DNA of 58,016 bases, counting the filler, from Bipalium vagum (taxonomy: Eukaryota): NCBI GenBank assembly GCA_037834085.1. It is 3 parts of 3 records of this genome, joined end to end, with 100 filler letters (N's around TTAATTAATTAA, not from the genome) between each part and the next. Parts side by side here need not be neighbours in the genome. Positions count along the whole stretch, not along the records: positions 20,276 to 39,106 come from JBBMKC010017766.1; 2 more parts are not named here. The stretch is one strand, 5' to 3'. The notes beneath the pieces were generated by a model. That model did no database searches, had not been told where the DNA came from, and saw only the letters and a program-made list of their open reading frames with translations. Both the position numbers and the translations under genes were made by a program. This document shows positions 21,209 to 35,480 of the stretch, piece after piece (the first letter of the stretch is position 1; the number at the start of each line of letters is the position of its first letter).

Positions 21209-24200
21209 ATGAACTCATTAAATAATGATCCGAATCAGATATTGAATCAAAATAATTTTAAATCATATGATTTAGGAAATCGATTTTATCAAGTAAAAAT
21301 AAATAATTGATTATGAAATTGTAATAATCTTAGTATTATCGGATACCTAATAATGCCAGTGTAAATCCTGACTTTGCTCCACTTCATAATGCCTATGGCC
21401 CCAATCCGTTACTTGGTACTCAATTCTCCTTTCAATACAGTGATAACCAAGGACTGGGAGATGGGATAACTACAAACAATCATCCTAATGTGTGGAACGG
21501 AGCTCCAATAAATGCACCACTATCTGCACAGTCCAGGGGAAATCAGTCGCACACTATAGATCCTAATTCTGCTCATTTCTTTTCAATTCCTGGTTTGTAA
21601 ATTGTAACTTGTTTTTGCTGATCATTAACTCCATATTTTGCAGTTAAATTAAATATTAAAAAACATCTAACCGAATATTATAATGTTTTTGGTTTTTCTT
21701 ACCTTTGTAAAGTTTATGCAAATCTGGAGATCTCTGCTTTGTTCACTTGATATGTTAAGATAAATTGACTTTTTCTTATCATCTAAAGTTTACTTGAATC
21801 TATTACAGGAACTCCTCAAGCTGCAGATCAAAATTTGTTTTATCAATATGGCTATAATGCGGCTAATAATATGTATTGGACACACCCTTCTATGGTAGAG
21901 TACAAGTCCAATAATCAAAATTGCACAATCGCTCACTCTGATAAATCACAGTCATGGCCAGATGCGCTATTTAATAATCAATATCCTTTGTTCTCTAATT
22001 CGATGGGTTGCAAAACCAATGTGTCTCCTTTCGATCATGCTAACCATGTTTTACAAATCAACAATGCTGATACAGGTTATCAAAAACATCTTGCTCAGAA
22101 CAGATATCAGAATTCTAAAATCAATTCTACGGGACCGGTAAGTTAAAGTAATGTTCTCATTTAAACAATAGACGATAATTTAATTGAAAATTAAATCAAA
22201 TTAAAGAAAATTGACATTTTTAACTCTATTTTTAAGAATTTTAAATATATATTATTATTTATATCATCAAAGCTCGCTAATAAACTAACTTCAAGCTCTA
22301 TTATGACCGAGTCTACTAATGCCCAACAGCCATTTATAAATGAGAAACATGAAGTCTTAAGTTCTGATTTTACTATTTTTCATGATTGTTTGAAAACCAT
22401 CGATACTAAAGAAAATAGCATGTCAACTTGTCGAAATGATATATACATATAATATCTATCAGATATGATATAATGCAACAAAATAATGACAGAAAATAAC
22501 CAAAATAATCTTACCAATCAGCTTGCCCCGAGTGCCCCGATGATTTACCCAGGCCCTTAATAGTTGCAGCTAGGAACTTAACTCTTTCGGACCCAAGTGT
22601 AATCCTTGAGTAAAATCATAAGCTTTGAGTTACTTTATATCTTCGAAAAGGTCTTTGTTATTATTCTCACCGTTCGAAATCGTATATGGTCACAAAATGA
22701 ATAGCCATTCGGTATTTGAGGAAGCTATCGGGGATGAGACAGATTTTACAAAGGAAGATTTTACTTGTCTCCTCATCAAATGGAGCTAAAAGACCCAAGT
22801 GGCATCAAACAGAGAAGAATAGAATGGCTGATGAGATGATTGTCTTCTTGTCCGAAGGGCGAGTTAGACTAAATTTGTTTTAATTTTTAATAAATAGTTT
22901 TGAAATCCAAGTTGTTTATTATTATGAATCAATTGAAAGATTTAACTATTGTAAAACCTTGTCTATTAACAAACGCAGGTTGTTTATAACCAATACAATT
23001 TTATTTCATGTTGTTCTATGCAGTATTTATTTGGTTTTATTGTGTCACCAGAACACGGAATTCACTGAATAGACCACGAAACATTATTCATAATTTTATG
23101 GTACAAAAGTGACTTATGAATTGATGTTTCATCGATACTTATCTAGACAACTGTCTTTTTTTGTGATGTAGTGTTCAATTTTCATTTCTGGAAACAATGC
23201 AATAAAAAATAGGCGTATCTTTTAACCTATCACGGTGAATTAAAAAACCCCAAGCTTTAAATTTATTGAAGCAATGTTACAAAAAAAATTCAGGAACTTT
23301 AAAAAATGTTCTTCAACTATTTTTTTTACTCCTATACAGTAAAATACATACAAAATAAAATTCTTATTTATGATTTTTTGAAAAATTTTTTATACACATC
23401 AATTGTTATCTTATGTACCCTTGATTTTCTACAGCTAAAGTCCTGGAACTTTATTGTCACACCATGTATGTTCAAACAATCAACCATTTTTTCCAAGTGT
23501 ACAGTGGAAAAATAATTCAATCTCACTTCAGTGATTCAATCGATTTGTTGGATAAATTCTTAGTGTTTTTTCTATTATCTTTTACCATTTTTCAAAATCA
23601 GTTTAAACGAAGACATAAAATTGAAACGCCAACGCCTGCAATACTACAAAACTAATATCGTGTACCGATTTAAATGTCATGGGTGTAATTGTCCGTACAC
23701 ATGAGAGATTCGATACAGTGAGGAGCATTACTAGGTTAACTGCCAAAAATACAGTGCGCCACATATTAATTGCCGCATATTGTAAAATCAAGAAATCTCG
23801 ATTATTTCTAAACTGTAATTAAATTTTCATAAAATTGATGAAAGTACAAGATATAAGAACTTATTTGAACAGCATTGAATTATTTAAATTAAGTTGTAAT
23901 TTAACTAAATTCAATTTGTTTATATAATTCTAAATATATAAACACTAAATTGAATTTGGATTTTCTTTATCAAATTTAATTTTATACTGAAAATTTTTAA
24001 AATATATAAGTGAGAATTAATAATAATAAAAATTATAATTTAAACTGTTCAGTAAATTCTTACCATGCCAAATTTAACAAAATGTCCGACATTGAGAAAG
24101 AAATGATTAAGGCCTACCGCGAAGCCGGAAAATCAAACAGATGGATCGGAAATAAGTTAAACAGAAATGAAAGCTCCATAAGATATTATTTGAAAAATGG

Positions 24201-27200
24201 AGATAGCAAAAATCGTAAGCCTGGCCCAAAGACAAAGAATTTGGCCAAAACGAAACGATTGGTTATTCGCAAACCCAGCAATAAATCGATTTCAAACTCG
24301 ACAATTAAACATGAACTTAACTTAAACGTAAGCAAGGAGACTATCCACTGTGTTATCAACAATTCCCAGGTCTTAAAATACCAAAAATGATAGCGAAACC
24401 ACCACTGAAAGTTGAACACAAATTGAAACGTTTGCAATGGGCGAAAACTAAAGTAACATGGGGCGACGAAAAGAAATTTAATTTAGACGAACCAGATGGC
24501 CATGTATTCTATTGACATGATTTGAGAAAAGAAAACATGCAATTTTCCAAAAGAAACTCGGGCAGAGGATCTTTAACGATTTGGGCCTGTTTCAATTTCA
24601 GTGGCAGGTCGAGTCTGGCGACTGTTTCCGGCAATCTAAATCAATGGGGGTATCAGAGACTCCTGAAAGACAATCTACTACCTTTTATAAAAGATTTTGG
24701 CGGATTCAGCCCTGTCTTTCAGCAAGATAATTGCAGGTGCCATGTATCCCCTTCAACTATGAAATGGCTAAAAGGCAAAAATATTGAAGTTATGGACTAT
24801 TGAAGTACTCACCGAATTTAAATCCCATAGAAAACTTATGGGAAGTGTTGGTTTGGAAGGTATATGCTGGTGGAAAGCAAATCAATTCCATTGATGAGCT
24901 GCGATCGGCAGAAATTTTTGGACAAAAGATAATGTCATTTTTGTAAGTGTGGCAATTAAGTTGTGGCGCACTGTACTACAGTGGCCTGCTCTTTCTTTAA
25001 ACTTAAATTTCATCGAAAAGATGTGAGGATTTATTACAAGAGCTGTGTATAACAACATTATGAAGTTTCGACGAAGGAAGAACTAAAACTCACGCCTGGA
25101 ACAATCTGGACCAAGATACTTTCTGAAATTATTTTAAGAGTATTCCAAATCGATTTTTTGAGGTTATTCATAGACATGGTGTTTGTACAAGATATTAGAT
25201 GTTTTATTTTAATAAATATTTATGGTTTAAATTGATTTTTTCCTTACTATTCCTACCATTTTCCACCATTGATTTTGACCATTTTTGAAAAAAAAACGTC
25301 CAAAATTATCGAAATATTTATTAAAGTATCAATTTCTTTTGTCTTGTTGTGTTTAATGCTTGCCATAACACATAAAAATTATAAATTTACTTTAGCCATT
25401 ATCTTAGATCGACTACATTCATCAAAAATATGGCTATTCTTATCATTATGCTCCCCACTGTATTGATGAGGCCCTCAATCGAAAATGTCATTTAAAATAA
25501 ACAGTTCTGTAGATCTTTTGTCGAGCTTTTTAATGATATATTGGTTTTTGCAGTACTTGTTAATGCTTCTGTGGAAAATTTTAATTTGTACAGATATTTA
25601 CTGCTCACATGTTATTTTATTTTAAACTCATATTTCAAATGTTTACACATTTAAACTGATTTCATCAATTTACATTTATTTGAACGATTCAAAGTAATTC
25701 AATGTCGAATTTTATGATAATATCATAAATAAAACGCGAATAGTACTTAAGGTACCGGTTTCTATAAACTTTTTCTGCAACCAACGTACTAACTTTGACA
25801 AAAATAATGGTACAAAATAATAAAAATACCAAATTACTGAAATTTATACATAATTGTAATATTTAATATTTTAGGAGATCCATTCACGATCTGCAACTGA
25901 TGAAAAGATCTCATTGGAAAAGTCTGAGAATTCTGCGAATCAAGATAAAACATTCTCTACAGTCAGTAATTCGAATGATATTTATTTACAGATTGAATCA
26001 ATACAATTTCAATTATCTAATGATTGTTCTATTCGCAAAGAAAATTCCACTTGTGAAACTAATCGAATTTCTACCCTTAATAATCAACACGACTATCCAT
26101 CAGCCTTACTGTCTAAACATCATTCAAACTCCAATACCGATAAAGGAGATAGCTCAGATTTCTGGAATTCAGACGTGAACCGCGAGGTATAAATCCTCCA
26201 TAATAACTAACGATTATTTCACTATAGGCAAAATCTAACAATATGAAATCTTATGCTAAAGTTACAAAACTTCCATCAAGAAACTCCAATGGTTACAATA
26301 TTTCAAATCAGTCATCTTTCACACAACCTTATATGAATAATGGATCGTCAATTAATTCAAGATTCAATTATAAGTCATCTATGAACGGTTTTGCCACAGG
26401 CCATTCGAGACCAATATCATGTAGCAACAACTATCAAAACTGCTTCAACAATACTCTGGTAAATGGAAACAATTGGAATACCAATAAGGTAAAATCTTCA
26501 TTGAAAAATACACTGATCTTAATTGATTATTTATCGTAGGTTCTCTTCTAAAACTTAATTTTTCATGCATTACAAATAATGAATTTTGGAATGTTAATCA
26601 TATTTGTGGCCAAAAATATTTAATAACTCGAAAAAACATTTATTTTCATGTTTAATGTTTGTTTTATCTAATTATTTTATTTAGTTATTTGCGTTAGTTT
26701 AATTTAATTATTTTATATTTGCGTTTGTCTAATTTAATTCTAAGCAACACTTATGCCATGAAAGACTAGTTACAATGACCTTGATGACGAATTATTGGTT
26801 TGTTTCAAGCAGGTTGTTCTCGACGTTTTGCTACTAAAAAGTTAGATGCTTTCAAGGAGCAGTATCACTTATTTGAAAAGAGTTACTATCAACTGCATCA
26901 GCAGCTAATGCTCCTCGGTCAGGAGGGCCTCGTCTGACTAATGTACAAGATGATCAACGTAACCATATGGAAATTATTCGTGACAGATTTTGTTCTTATC
27001 GTATGTTGCGATATAATTTAGCTGTGCAGATCTCCAGGTGAAAATTAGACCGAAGAGTCCTGGAATGGTTCTCTTAAGCCACTTGCGCGTATTTCATTCA
27101 CACATAAAACGAAAAAGATATGGTAGTCTTATTACGGAGCTCCCGGAATTGTAGTTTAAGCATGGAATTTAATTATTGCTGAAGATCTGGACTAGGTGTG

Positions 27201-30200
27201 TTGAATTTTTATGAGACAATATTCAATAATAAAAGAAATTATAATAATAAATTCATGTCTCATTTTCGCTTTCATAACATTTTATAATTATCATATTCTC
27301 TTGATAATATTAACCAATAAAAAATTATATGGATCAAACTCACAAAGTTCTTTAAAATCAATTATTTATTGTTTAGGACATATTAAAAAATTGATCTATG
27401 CTTATGTGCTAAATACACAATATACATGGGTTGGTCGATACGAATTGCGAAAAACAAAAAAATATTAAAAACTAAAATTTAATTATATTAAACTGTCATT
27501 GTTTTTCAAAATATTCAACTTCTTGGTCAATACATTTTTGCAAACGCTTGAACCAATTTTGAACGCATTTTACCCATAATGATTTAGGTATCTCACAAAC
27601 ATGAAGTTTAAGAGCATCAAACGCATCCTCTGATCTACAAAATCGCTGTCCACGCAGCTTATTCTTCACATAGGGGAATAAAAAGAAATCGTTAGGAGTT
27701 AAATCAGAACTACACGGAGGATGTCGTATAAATTCTATTTTTTGGGTGTTCAAAAAGTTAGTTTTTTTTGTGAATTGTGTGAGCTGGCATTGTCAGGGTG
27801 GAGAATGATGCGGCGCTTTGAGTTGATTTTCCTTATTTCTCTTAAGACTTTTAGCAAGCAAATATTTGTATACCATGCAGAATTAACCGTACCTTGAAGT
27901 TCTAAAGTCACAGTTAAGACATGCAAAGATTTCCCGAAAAAACAGGCGACCATTTGCTTCGAAGTACTTTGAGCACGAATGACTTTTGTTGGGTTTGGTT
28001 CATCTTAGAAGACCGGAACAGACGACTGTCGGATCATACGAATATATCCAAGATTCATCACCTGTAACGATGTTGTAAACCACTACTGAAAAACCGGAAT
28101 TGAATTTCTTAAGAATTTCTTTGAGCCAATTCATACGAGCTACTTTTTGAACGTTCGTTAAATTTTGAGGGATCCAAAGGGCACATAGATTTTTCACAGC
28201 CAAATGTTCATGCAATATGGAATACATGCTAGTCATACTAATGCCCAGAGAGACCTGAATTTCGCGGTAAGTTAAATGATGATCAAACTTTATCATTTCT
28301 CGGATGGCATCAATATTTACTGGCAACATAGTTGATTTTGGACGGCCCTCTTTAAACTTATCCGTCAGCAAACTACGACCACTTTTTAATTTTTATAATA
28401 CGTATACGTATAATTCTTTAAAAATAAAAATAAAACTTAAACCAGGTACTTTAAAAACTTTAAAATTAAGTACTTTAAAATTTTAATTAAAAAATAAATT
28501 TATATTAAGTACAGTCTCTTATGAAAATTAAATTTTTAACACGGTTATGAGTTATAAATATAAAATTATTATTTACTTTAAATAATGATTTAATGCGATT
28601 TTACTTTTTTTCCACAATTTTTTTATTATCTTTGGAACTTCCCTATATGATTTTATAAATACTTCGAATCTTCTTATTTTGAATGTTGAGACAATATATT
28701 TACTTGATTGATCGTTAGATTAATTACAGGGGAAATGGACGCAGGATAAAATTCGGAAGAATGTTCCTAATTCAAGTTTTGATGCGAATATAAATGCTAA
28801 TTGGGCCTCGAAAGCTGCATATTCTAGTACCGATGAAAGTATCAGAAATGTAGAAAATAAAATTAAAGAAATACAAGCTCACATTAATCCAATAAGACTA
28901 GATATAAATTTTGAGAAGACACGTTATTTTGTTATTAAAAGCTACTCAGAAGATGATATTCATCGATCCATAAAGTACAAAATTTGGTGTTCAACAAAAG
29001 AAGGAAACAAAAGGTTAAACGATGCCTTTCAAGTAAATAATCAATCTTTTTAGAATCTTTTTATTATTGGTTAATAATTAGACTTATTTTAATTAATTTT
29101 TATTTTAAAATTATAGTCACGAGGGTGGTTCAATAAGTCCGTGAAAAATAAAATAACGACTAATATATTTACAAAGAACTTTAATTGATCAAGTCCATCA
29201 AAATAAGCACTTACTTCATGAATGATTTCATTATCCGATTGAAATTTTTGACCTGCAAGCACTTTTTCATGTCTGGAAAGAGGAAATAATTAGACGGAGC
29301 TAAATCGGGAGAATATGGTGGATGTGATATCAGTTGAAAGTGTAGTTCATGTAGATTTGTCATTGCAACTGTTGACCTGTGAGGCGGTGCGTTATCATGA
29401 AGGAACAACACCTTTTTCTTCAACATGTGTGGCACTTCACTTTAATCTCTTCCTTCAAACGGGTCAATAATACATTATAATATTCACCATTAATTTTTTT
29501 CCTTTTTCAAGATAATCGGCTGGAATTACACCGTGCACATTCCAAAAAATGACAGCCATGACCTTTCCAGCAGGTGTAACAGTCTTCGCCTTTTCTCGGA
29601 AATGGTTCGCCTGCTTTTATCCACTGCTTTGATTGATATTTAGATTCAGAAGTATAATGGTGAATCCAAGTTTCATCAACAGTGAGGAAACGACAAAGAA
29701 ATTCATTTGGATTGCCTTGGAATAAAAGCCAAACCTTGCTCCGAACTTCGCATACGCTCACCCTTTTAGTCAACTTTGAGTAATCGCGGGACCCATCTCG
29801 TAGACAGTTTTCTCATTTCCAAATCTTTATGCAAAATTGAAAATGTTGATTCAACTGATATACCAACAGCTTGCGCTGTCTCCCACACTTTGATTCGTCG
29901 ATCATTAAGAACAATATCGTGAATCTTTTGAATATTTTCCGATGTTTTCACTTCATTTTGACGACCAAACGGTGCGGAATCATCTGTGCTTGTACGGCCA
30001 TAACGAAATTCGGTGAACCATTTATAGATCATCCCGATTGATGGTGAGGAATCACCATAATATTTAATGAGTCGTAAATTTATTTCGCTGATTGTTTTAC
30101 CTCTCAAAAAATAATGTTTCAGGAGGACTCGAAATTCGTAATTTTCCATTTTCATATTGATAATTGTTATTGACAACTTTGAAATGTGATATAATTAAAA

Positions 30201-31788
30201 AAATTGTATTTATTTATCTGAAATTTCGGATTTTACATTTTTAATGTTTTAATTGTTTATTAACAAAATTTAAACACTAGTGCTAAAATTTGTTTTATTT
30301 TTCACGGGCTTATTGAACACCCTCGTATTAATTTTATAACTGTTAAATTTTCATCACTCCAAACAACTATAAAGAATATTCAATTTTACATGAGGTACAA
30401 ATTGAATTATTTTTAATCTTCGTGCTATCATGATCAAGGATAATTTTTGTTTATAAGAAACTGAATAAATAGAACTTAAATCAAACTACACATCCCATAT
30501 TTATTTGTGTCATAAATTTTTCTACATTTCAAAATGTGTTGAAATTTCAATCTTTCCAAGAAAACAGAATGGTTTTCTCGTTTTTGAGAAAAAAATTTGG
30601 ATATCTAACATTTTTTAGGACGAAAATGAAAATTATTGATAAACTTCATGTATTAGGTTGTGCCATCTGAAATTTCCGATTTAATTATATATTTTCCAAA
30701 CCAAATTAACGAGCCAAAAAAGTTTTATTAACTAAAATAAAAGCCATTCGTGAAACACATTTCTGCCAATGACATTAAAGACTTTTAATTCCTGTTAAAT
30801 AGAAGTCCACCTTTCTAGAATTTATAATTTCGGAGATGGCGGAGAATTTATTTGTATTCTTCAAATTTTGTAAAATTGGAAATCTTTAAAAACTAATAAT
30901 AATTAAAACAAAATCAATTGTGAGATAATTAAATATCAAGAAATATTTAATTTTTAGTTCATAATTTCAATTTCTAATTTTAAGATTTTGTTATATGTGG
31001 TCTTGAAAATTTGTTATCATTGAATTAAAAACCATTAGAATTGATTATCAATTGATATATTTTTTGCACAGATAATGTATTATCAGAATAATAAAATAAT
31101 GTGTAATATTAAAAGTTGCTTGACATGTATTGAATTTAAATGGTGGGTAACAAGTAAATTATTTGTTAACTTAGATATAATAATTTCTGTATTGATGATA
31201 CTATGAACTATTTTTAGCATAAACGGTATTTCAATTTTAATTGCCCATAATGGTTAAAGTGTCGGAAAACTAGAGTAATAAAAGTTATAAAATTTAGTTC
31301 GGTTATTACTTTTGATGTCATATTATTAGTAAAGACTCCATTTTTAGAATGCACAGAAAATAGGAGGTCATGTGCTTCTGTTTTTCTCAGTTAATGGGTC
31401 TGGTCATTTTTGTGGAATAGCTGAGATGACATCTAGTGTCGATGAAAATGTAATTACTGGGATTTGGTGTCAAGATAAATGGAGAGGCAAATTTTCTGTT
31501 AGATGGATCTATGTAAAAGATGTTCCCAACACTCAATTACGCCACATATCTACTAAAGTCAAAACATTAAAATCTGGAGGTGAGAGCACAACGGAAATGA
31601 AGCCCATCACGAATCTAAGAGATGCAACTGAATTAAAGTCAGATAGGGCACCGGGAACATCATTTAAAGATGATACTGGATACCAAGCCCTCAGAATTAT
31701 CATAGATTGCAAAAGTAATATGTCAATTTTTGATGACTTTTTGCATTATGAAAAGCGGGAACTTGGTATAGGTAATTTTGAAAATTAA
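21209..31788 (+). CDS. YTHDF: YTH-domain m6A reader, YTHDF-type, about 660 aa over 7 exons
   Basis: Exons: 21209-21292, 21334-21592, 21809-22137, 25875-26186, 26228-26488, 28730-29032, 31348-31788. The last exon may instead splice at 31765/31771 to a terminal exon near 33617. All junctions are GT-AG and in frame. An N/Q/P/S/Y-rich low-complexity N-terminus precedes the YTH domain: [34 protein letters not shown]|..[46 protein letters not shown]. Start codon and last exon are less certain. Confidence 0.93.
22520..22870 (-). mobile_element. BEL/Pao LTR-retrotransposon pol fragment (decayed)
   Basis: Minus strand TTTGATGCCACTTGGGTCTTTTAGCTCCA reads FD-PLG-LLAP with frame slips, preceded by KKTIIS. 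This resembles the Pao TKRxxxS..FDPLGxxxP motif. Confidence 0.4.
23752..24973 (+). mobile_element. Tc3-like (Tc1/mariner, DD34E) transposon with both ends, transposase pseudogenised; in a YTHDF intron
   Basis: TA|CAGTGCGCCACATATTAATTGCCGCA ... TGTGGCAATTAAGTTGTGGCGCACTG|TA gives imperfect TIRs plus a TA duplication. Fragmented transposase (ORFs 24010-24390, 24522-24803) with [16 protein letters not shown] and LNPIENLW, broken by stops and frameshifts. Confidence 0.92.
26755..27170 (+). mobile_element. Degraded Tc1-like transposase 5' fragment
   Basis: RIIGLFQAG and [16 protein letters not shown] (HTH plus GRPR-like linker), with many stops. Confidence 0.55.
27423..28385 (-). mobile_element. 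5'-truncated mariner (DD34D) element
   Basis: ORFs 28000-28371, 27750-27953 and 27496-27753 carry [23 protein letters not shown] and [12 protein letters not shown]. One TIR-like end near 27423 (TACATGGGTTGGTCGATACGAATTGCG); no partner seen. Confidence 0.88.
29120..30325 (-). mobile_element. Mariner (DD34D) element with both TIRs and a frameshifted transposase; in the intron that splits the YTH domain
   Basis: TIRs CGAGGGTGGTTCAATAAGTCCGTGAAAAATAAAA and TTTTATTTTTCACGGGCTTATTGAACACCCTCG|TA. Motifs [27 protein letters not shown] (third D changed to N) are spread over ORFs 29766-30176, 29507-29773 and 29211-29435. Confidence 0.93.
30651..30682 (+). repeat. Solo mariner-type TIR
   Basis: TATTAGGTTGTGCCATCTGAAATTTCCGATTT resembles TATTAGGTTG-type mariner ends. 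No partner found. Confidence 0.4.
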
Positions 31789-34700
31789 ATTATTTATTTG
31801 TAAAAATTAGATTATTTTTCCTTTAGATTTTCTAATCCCACTTACTTTTTTTAATACTGTATAATAATTTCTTTTAAAGTAGTATTATTTTAAACAAACA
31901 AAACAGTTGATATTTGATCCACCTGATCGTATTATTAACTTCAGTAGGATTTAGAAAACTAAAATTGCCTGAGAGAAAAATTCTCTCAGGGTTTATTATA
32001 TGAACACTGAATTAAATATACAAAATTAATTTATAATAAATTATAATTTTTCAGAACAGATTAGAAAAAGTTATTTACTCCATTTTGCTAAACATTAACG
32101 AAGGGATTTTTCAAAGTAACGGGAAATATTTTTGATATTCAAAATTTTCATATCACAGGATCCTTTAACATGAACTACTCAGCTAATTAATTTAACTGAT
32201 TTCAAGTACCAGTTTTTCCACTAAAAATTTTTTTACAAAAATTCACTAATTAAAAATTGAATTCTTTTTAAGGACATTGTTGCTTTCATTTATAAATATT
32301 TGTTCTCTGAAGTAACTTGTTTGAATTTAGAAAAATCTTTCAGTCTTAAAGAAAAATTAATTAATTAAATATTAAATTTTTGTTTTAATTAACCATGTGA
32401 ATATTTTGTTTCAATATAATTATCATTAAAATATCAAAATTTTTGAAGAAATTACAATATCTTTTATTGATCGACTTCAGTAATCAATTTTTTAAGACAT
32501 ATTTATTAGTTAATTATTATTGGATTTCTGGAAAATTAAAGGCACTTACTTATGCAGTTAAGTCGTATCAATTATGTAATGATGTATTTTTCATAACGGC
32601 AATCAAACGCAAGATAAACTAAAATTCGAACTCAACATTGGAAACGATCATACAATTTTAGAATGAAAGTACTATTATCAGGAAGTCATAGTATAGCATT
32701 TTTTACGAAATTCAGAAAAGCTTATAAGAATAACCATGGAAACTAAAAATGGATTTACCATTCAATTTGCATAGGACCACAAATCACACTGAAAGCATGT
32801 GGTCAAAATTAAAACAAGATACGGAACGAATAAAGATTTATTAGCATCATATCTTTTTGAATCATTTTGTTTCCTCAAAAGATTTTCCCTTATGAATAGA
32901 TACGTCAGTAAACAATCATTGAGGTTTAAACTGCAGAAGTGTCATATTAAATGAATAGGCCTCAACTCGGTACATACCTTAAAGTTTAAAATAAAATGGA
33001 TTCACAACATGATTGAACAGATATAAAAAAAGAAAAATGATAAGACAATAGAAAGCTCATCACTTTAATTCATTAAACTAAAAATAAAGATAAGAAATCA
33101 ATATAAAAAGAATGACCAGACGAAATTTTTTCAAAATTATGAAAGAATATCCGGTTTTCGTTACAGGTTACTAGAGATAAATCAAATGTTTTTACTAGAG
33201 CTAATTTTATCAAATTTTACAATAGCGGTCTTAGATCTAACGTAGTTCTGCGCATTTCATTATTCACCATTGATTGAAAGATATATTTAGTGTTTCTGCA
33301 TTCAACCGATTTACTTATCTTTACTTGTATTATAATCCCCTTAGACTCAAAAGGTTTTTTTTATTTCTTTTCATTAATTCGAAATGTTTTATAAAAATAC
33401 TTTTACTTTTAAATTTATAAAAATTGGTATCAAGTGATAATGCTGAAATTATTTTAGTTTTTACTTATTTGCACTCTCGCACTCTTGTTTCCTTATTGAT
33501 TTCATCAGTTTAGTCAAGAAATTCCAGAGAGGTCCTTCAGCCTTTTATAAATAGAAGAGAATTATCGATTTTTTATTACTAGTATTATAATAATGATTTT
33601 CATTTTATTTTTCCAGATTGACAGGTGAACTCTGCTCCGGTTGGGAAATCTGATCGAATTCGCTAAAGATTTTTTTCTGCTGATCAAACTTGGATGTATC
33701 ATTTTGCTTTTTCTTAACGATATTTATTTCTCTGCATAACTGAATGATTCTTAATGAAGTTACTTTTTATAAAATGTCAGAGATCCTGTGGCCGCTCTGA
33801 TTTTGGTCCACCCATTATCTTTCATTATCACGGATAATTAAATCATTAGAATAGCAAGGTTCGACCGTTTTTGTCATTGTTTATATGATTTTACTCTTCT
33901 TTTTATCTGTTATTAATTTCTACGTACTGACCGTTCATTTATAGATAGATTTGCATGTGATAACAATGTTATCAGTTAATGTTTTATTAATGTATTATTT
34001 TATCACATATAAATACGAATTTTATGATTGGCGGACCTGAAACATTTTCTAAAACGTTTTCTTTGATAGCTTGGATCTGAAATGACGGTAATAGGTTTCT
34101 TTATAATATTTTTAATACATTTTTGGGATTGCTTCACATTGTTTTTTGCATTTAATTTGTTTAAATAGTTTTAATCTTTTAAAAAAGTGTTATCAACAGA
34201 AAAATTTTCTTTTCGTGAAAAACCTGACCATACAAATCAGTTTTATGATGGACAGTAAGAATTAAGGCTTTCCTTTTTTGTACATTGAATGTTTTTTTTT
34301 AATAATATTTTTATCTCCAAAATTTTTATTTTGTTTTTGGTTAATTTTTCTTTTTTACAATTCTTTTATTTATTATTTTATATTTAATTTAAATATATGT
34401 AAATTAATTTAATTAATATTGCAGTATAAAAAGAAAGGTGTGCTGATTTTTTTTCATTGAATATATATTAATAAAAGAAGAAATATTCTGCCTGTCTCAG
34501 TTATTTTCTATCACATAATTTCTGATCTTTTTTCGATTTGGTCACATTTAAATTAATATTCAGATTTTCGTTCTATAAATAGTCTCAAGGTGTGGGAGTT
34601 TTGAGATAATAAATTTTATTCCATGTTACTTTTTCTTTAACTGATATTAATAATTATGAATAATGATAAACAGTATCATTATTTAAACAAAAATATTCTT

Positions 34701-34899
34701 AGAAAAACGTTACGTAGCTTGGAATTTTTATTCAAAATAAATGGTGACTCTTAAAATAAAATATATAAATAATAAAATAGATCAAAATAAAAATGTTGAT
34801 TACAAAAAATAGTTATAATATGGATCGATTGTAAATTTCTGAGGATATTACACAATTTAGTTCAGTTCCGGATTTCTGTAAATTTTTAAAGTTTGTGAA

Positions 34900-35480
34900 G
34901 ACTTCATGATTCAATTTACCAAATCTATTAAGCTATCGACTTAGAACAAATCCAGACTTGAGTTGAATTTCCTGATGTGGGGATATAAGACAGGATATTG
35001 TAAACCGAACCATATACCAATTGCTGTGTTATAGAACACAGCCGTTATAAAGAAAACAATATAAAACAGTCTGGAATAGTAATACAGAAATTGTTGTTAT
35101 TCCGTGTATGATGAGAGGTAAGCGCTATTTAAATTAAATTACCTTGCCACACAAGTTAACAATTGTTGAAGAGAATAGCCTGACGTTGAAATAAAACAAT
35201 GACAAACCTCATAAAGTCAGAATTGTGATGTCAAATTGGACTCAAATGCCTTTTTCATGGCTGGCGAAATCCCTAGACTTCTACCCTATTGAATACCTGT
35301 GACATAAGGTACGAAATCGCTTATGCGATAAGTACGAGGTATTTACCGATAATATAACGAGCTTTCAGATAGAATGCGGTGTAAGTGGATTTCTATTCAA
35401 TAAAAAAATAATCCAGCATGTACTTCGTAGCATACATGAAAAACTTTGGTATTACAAAAAGAAAGATGGTGGTCATAACT
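34900..35480 (+). mobile_element. Degraded Tc1-like transposase 3' fragment
   Basis: NDKPH..WLAKSLDFYPIEYL* is a decayed DNxxxH..WPxxSPDLNPIExLW motif. Confidence 0.55.
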
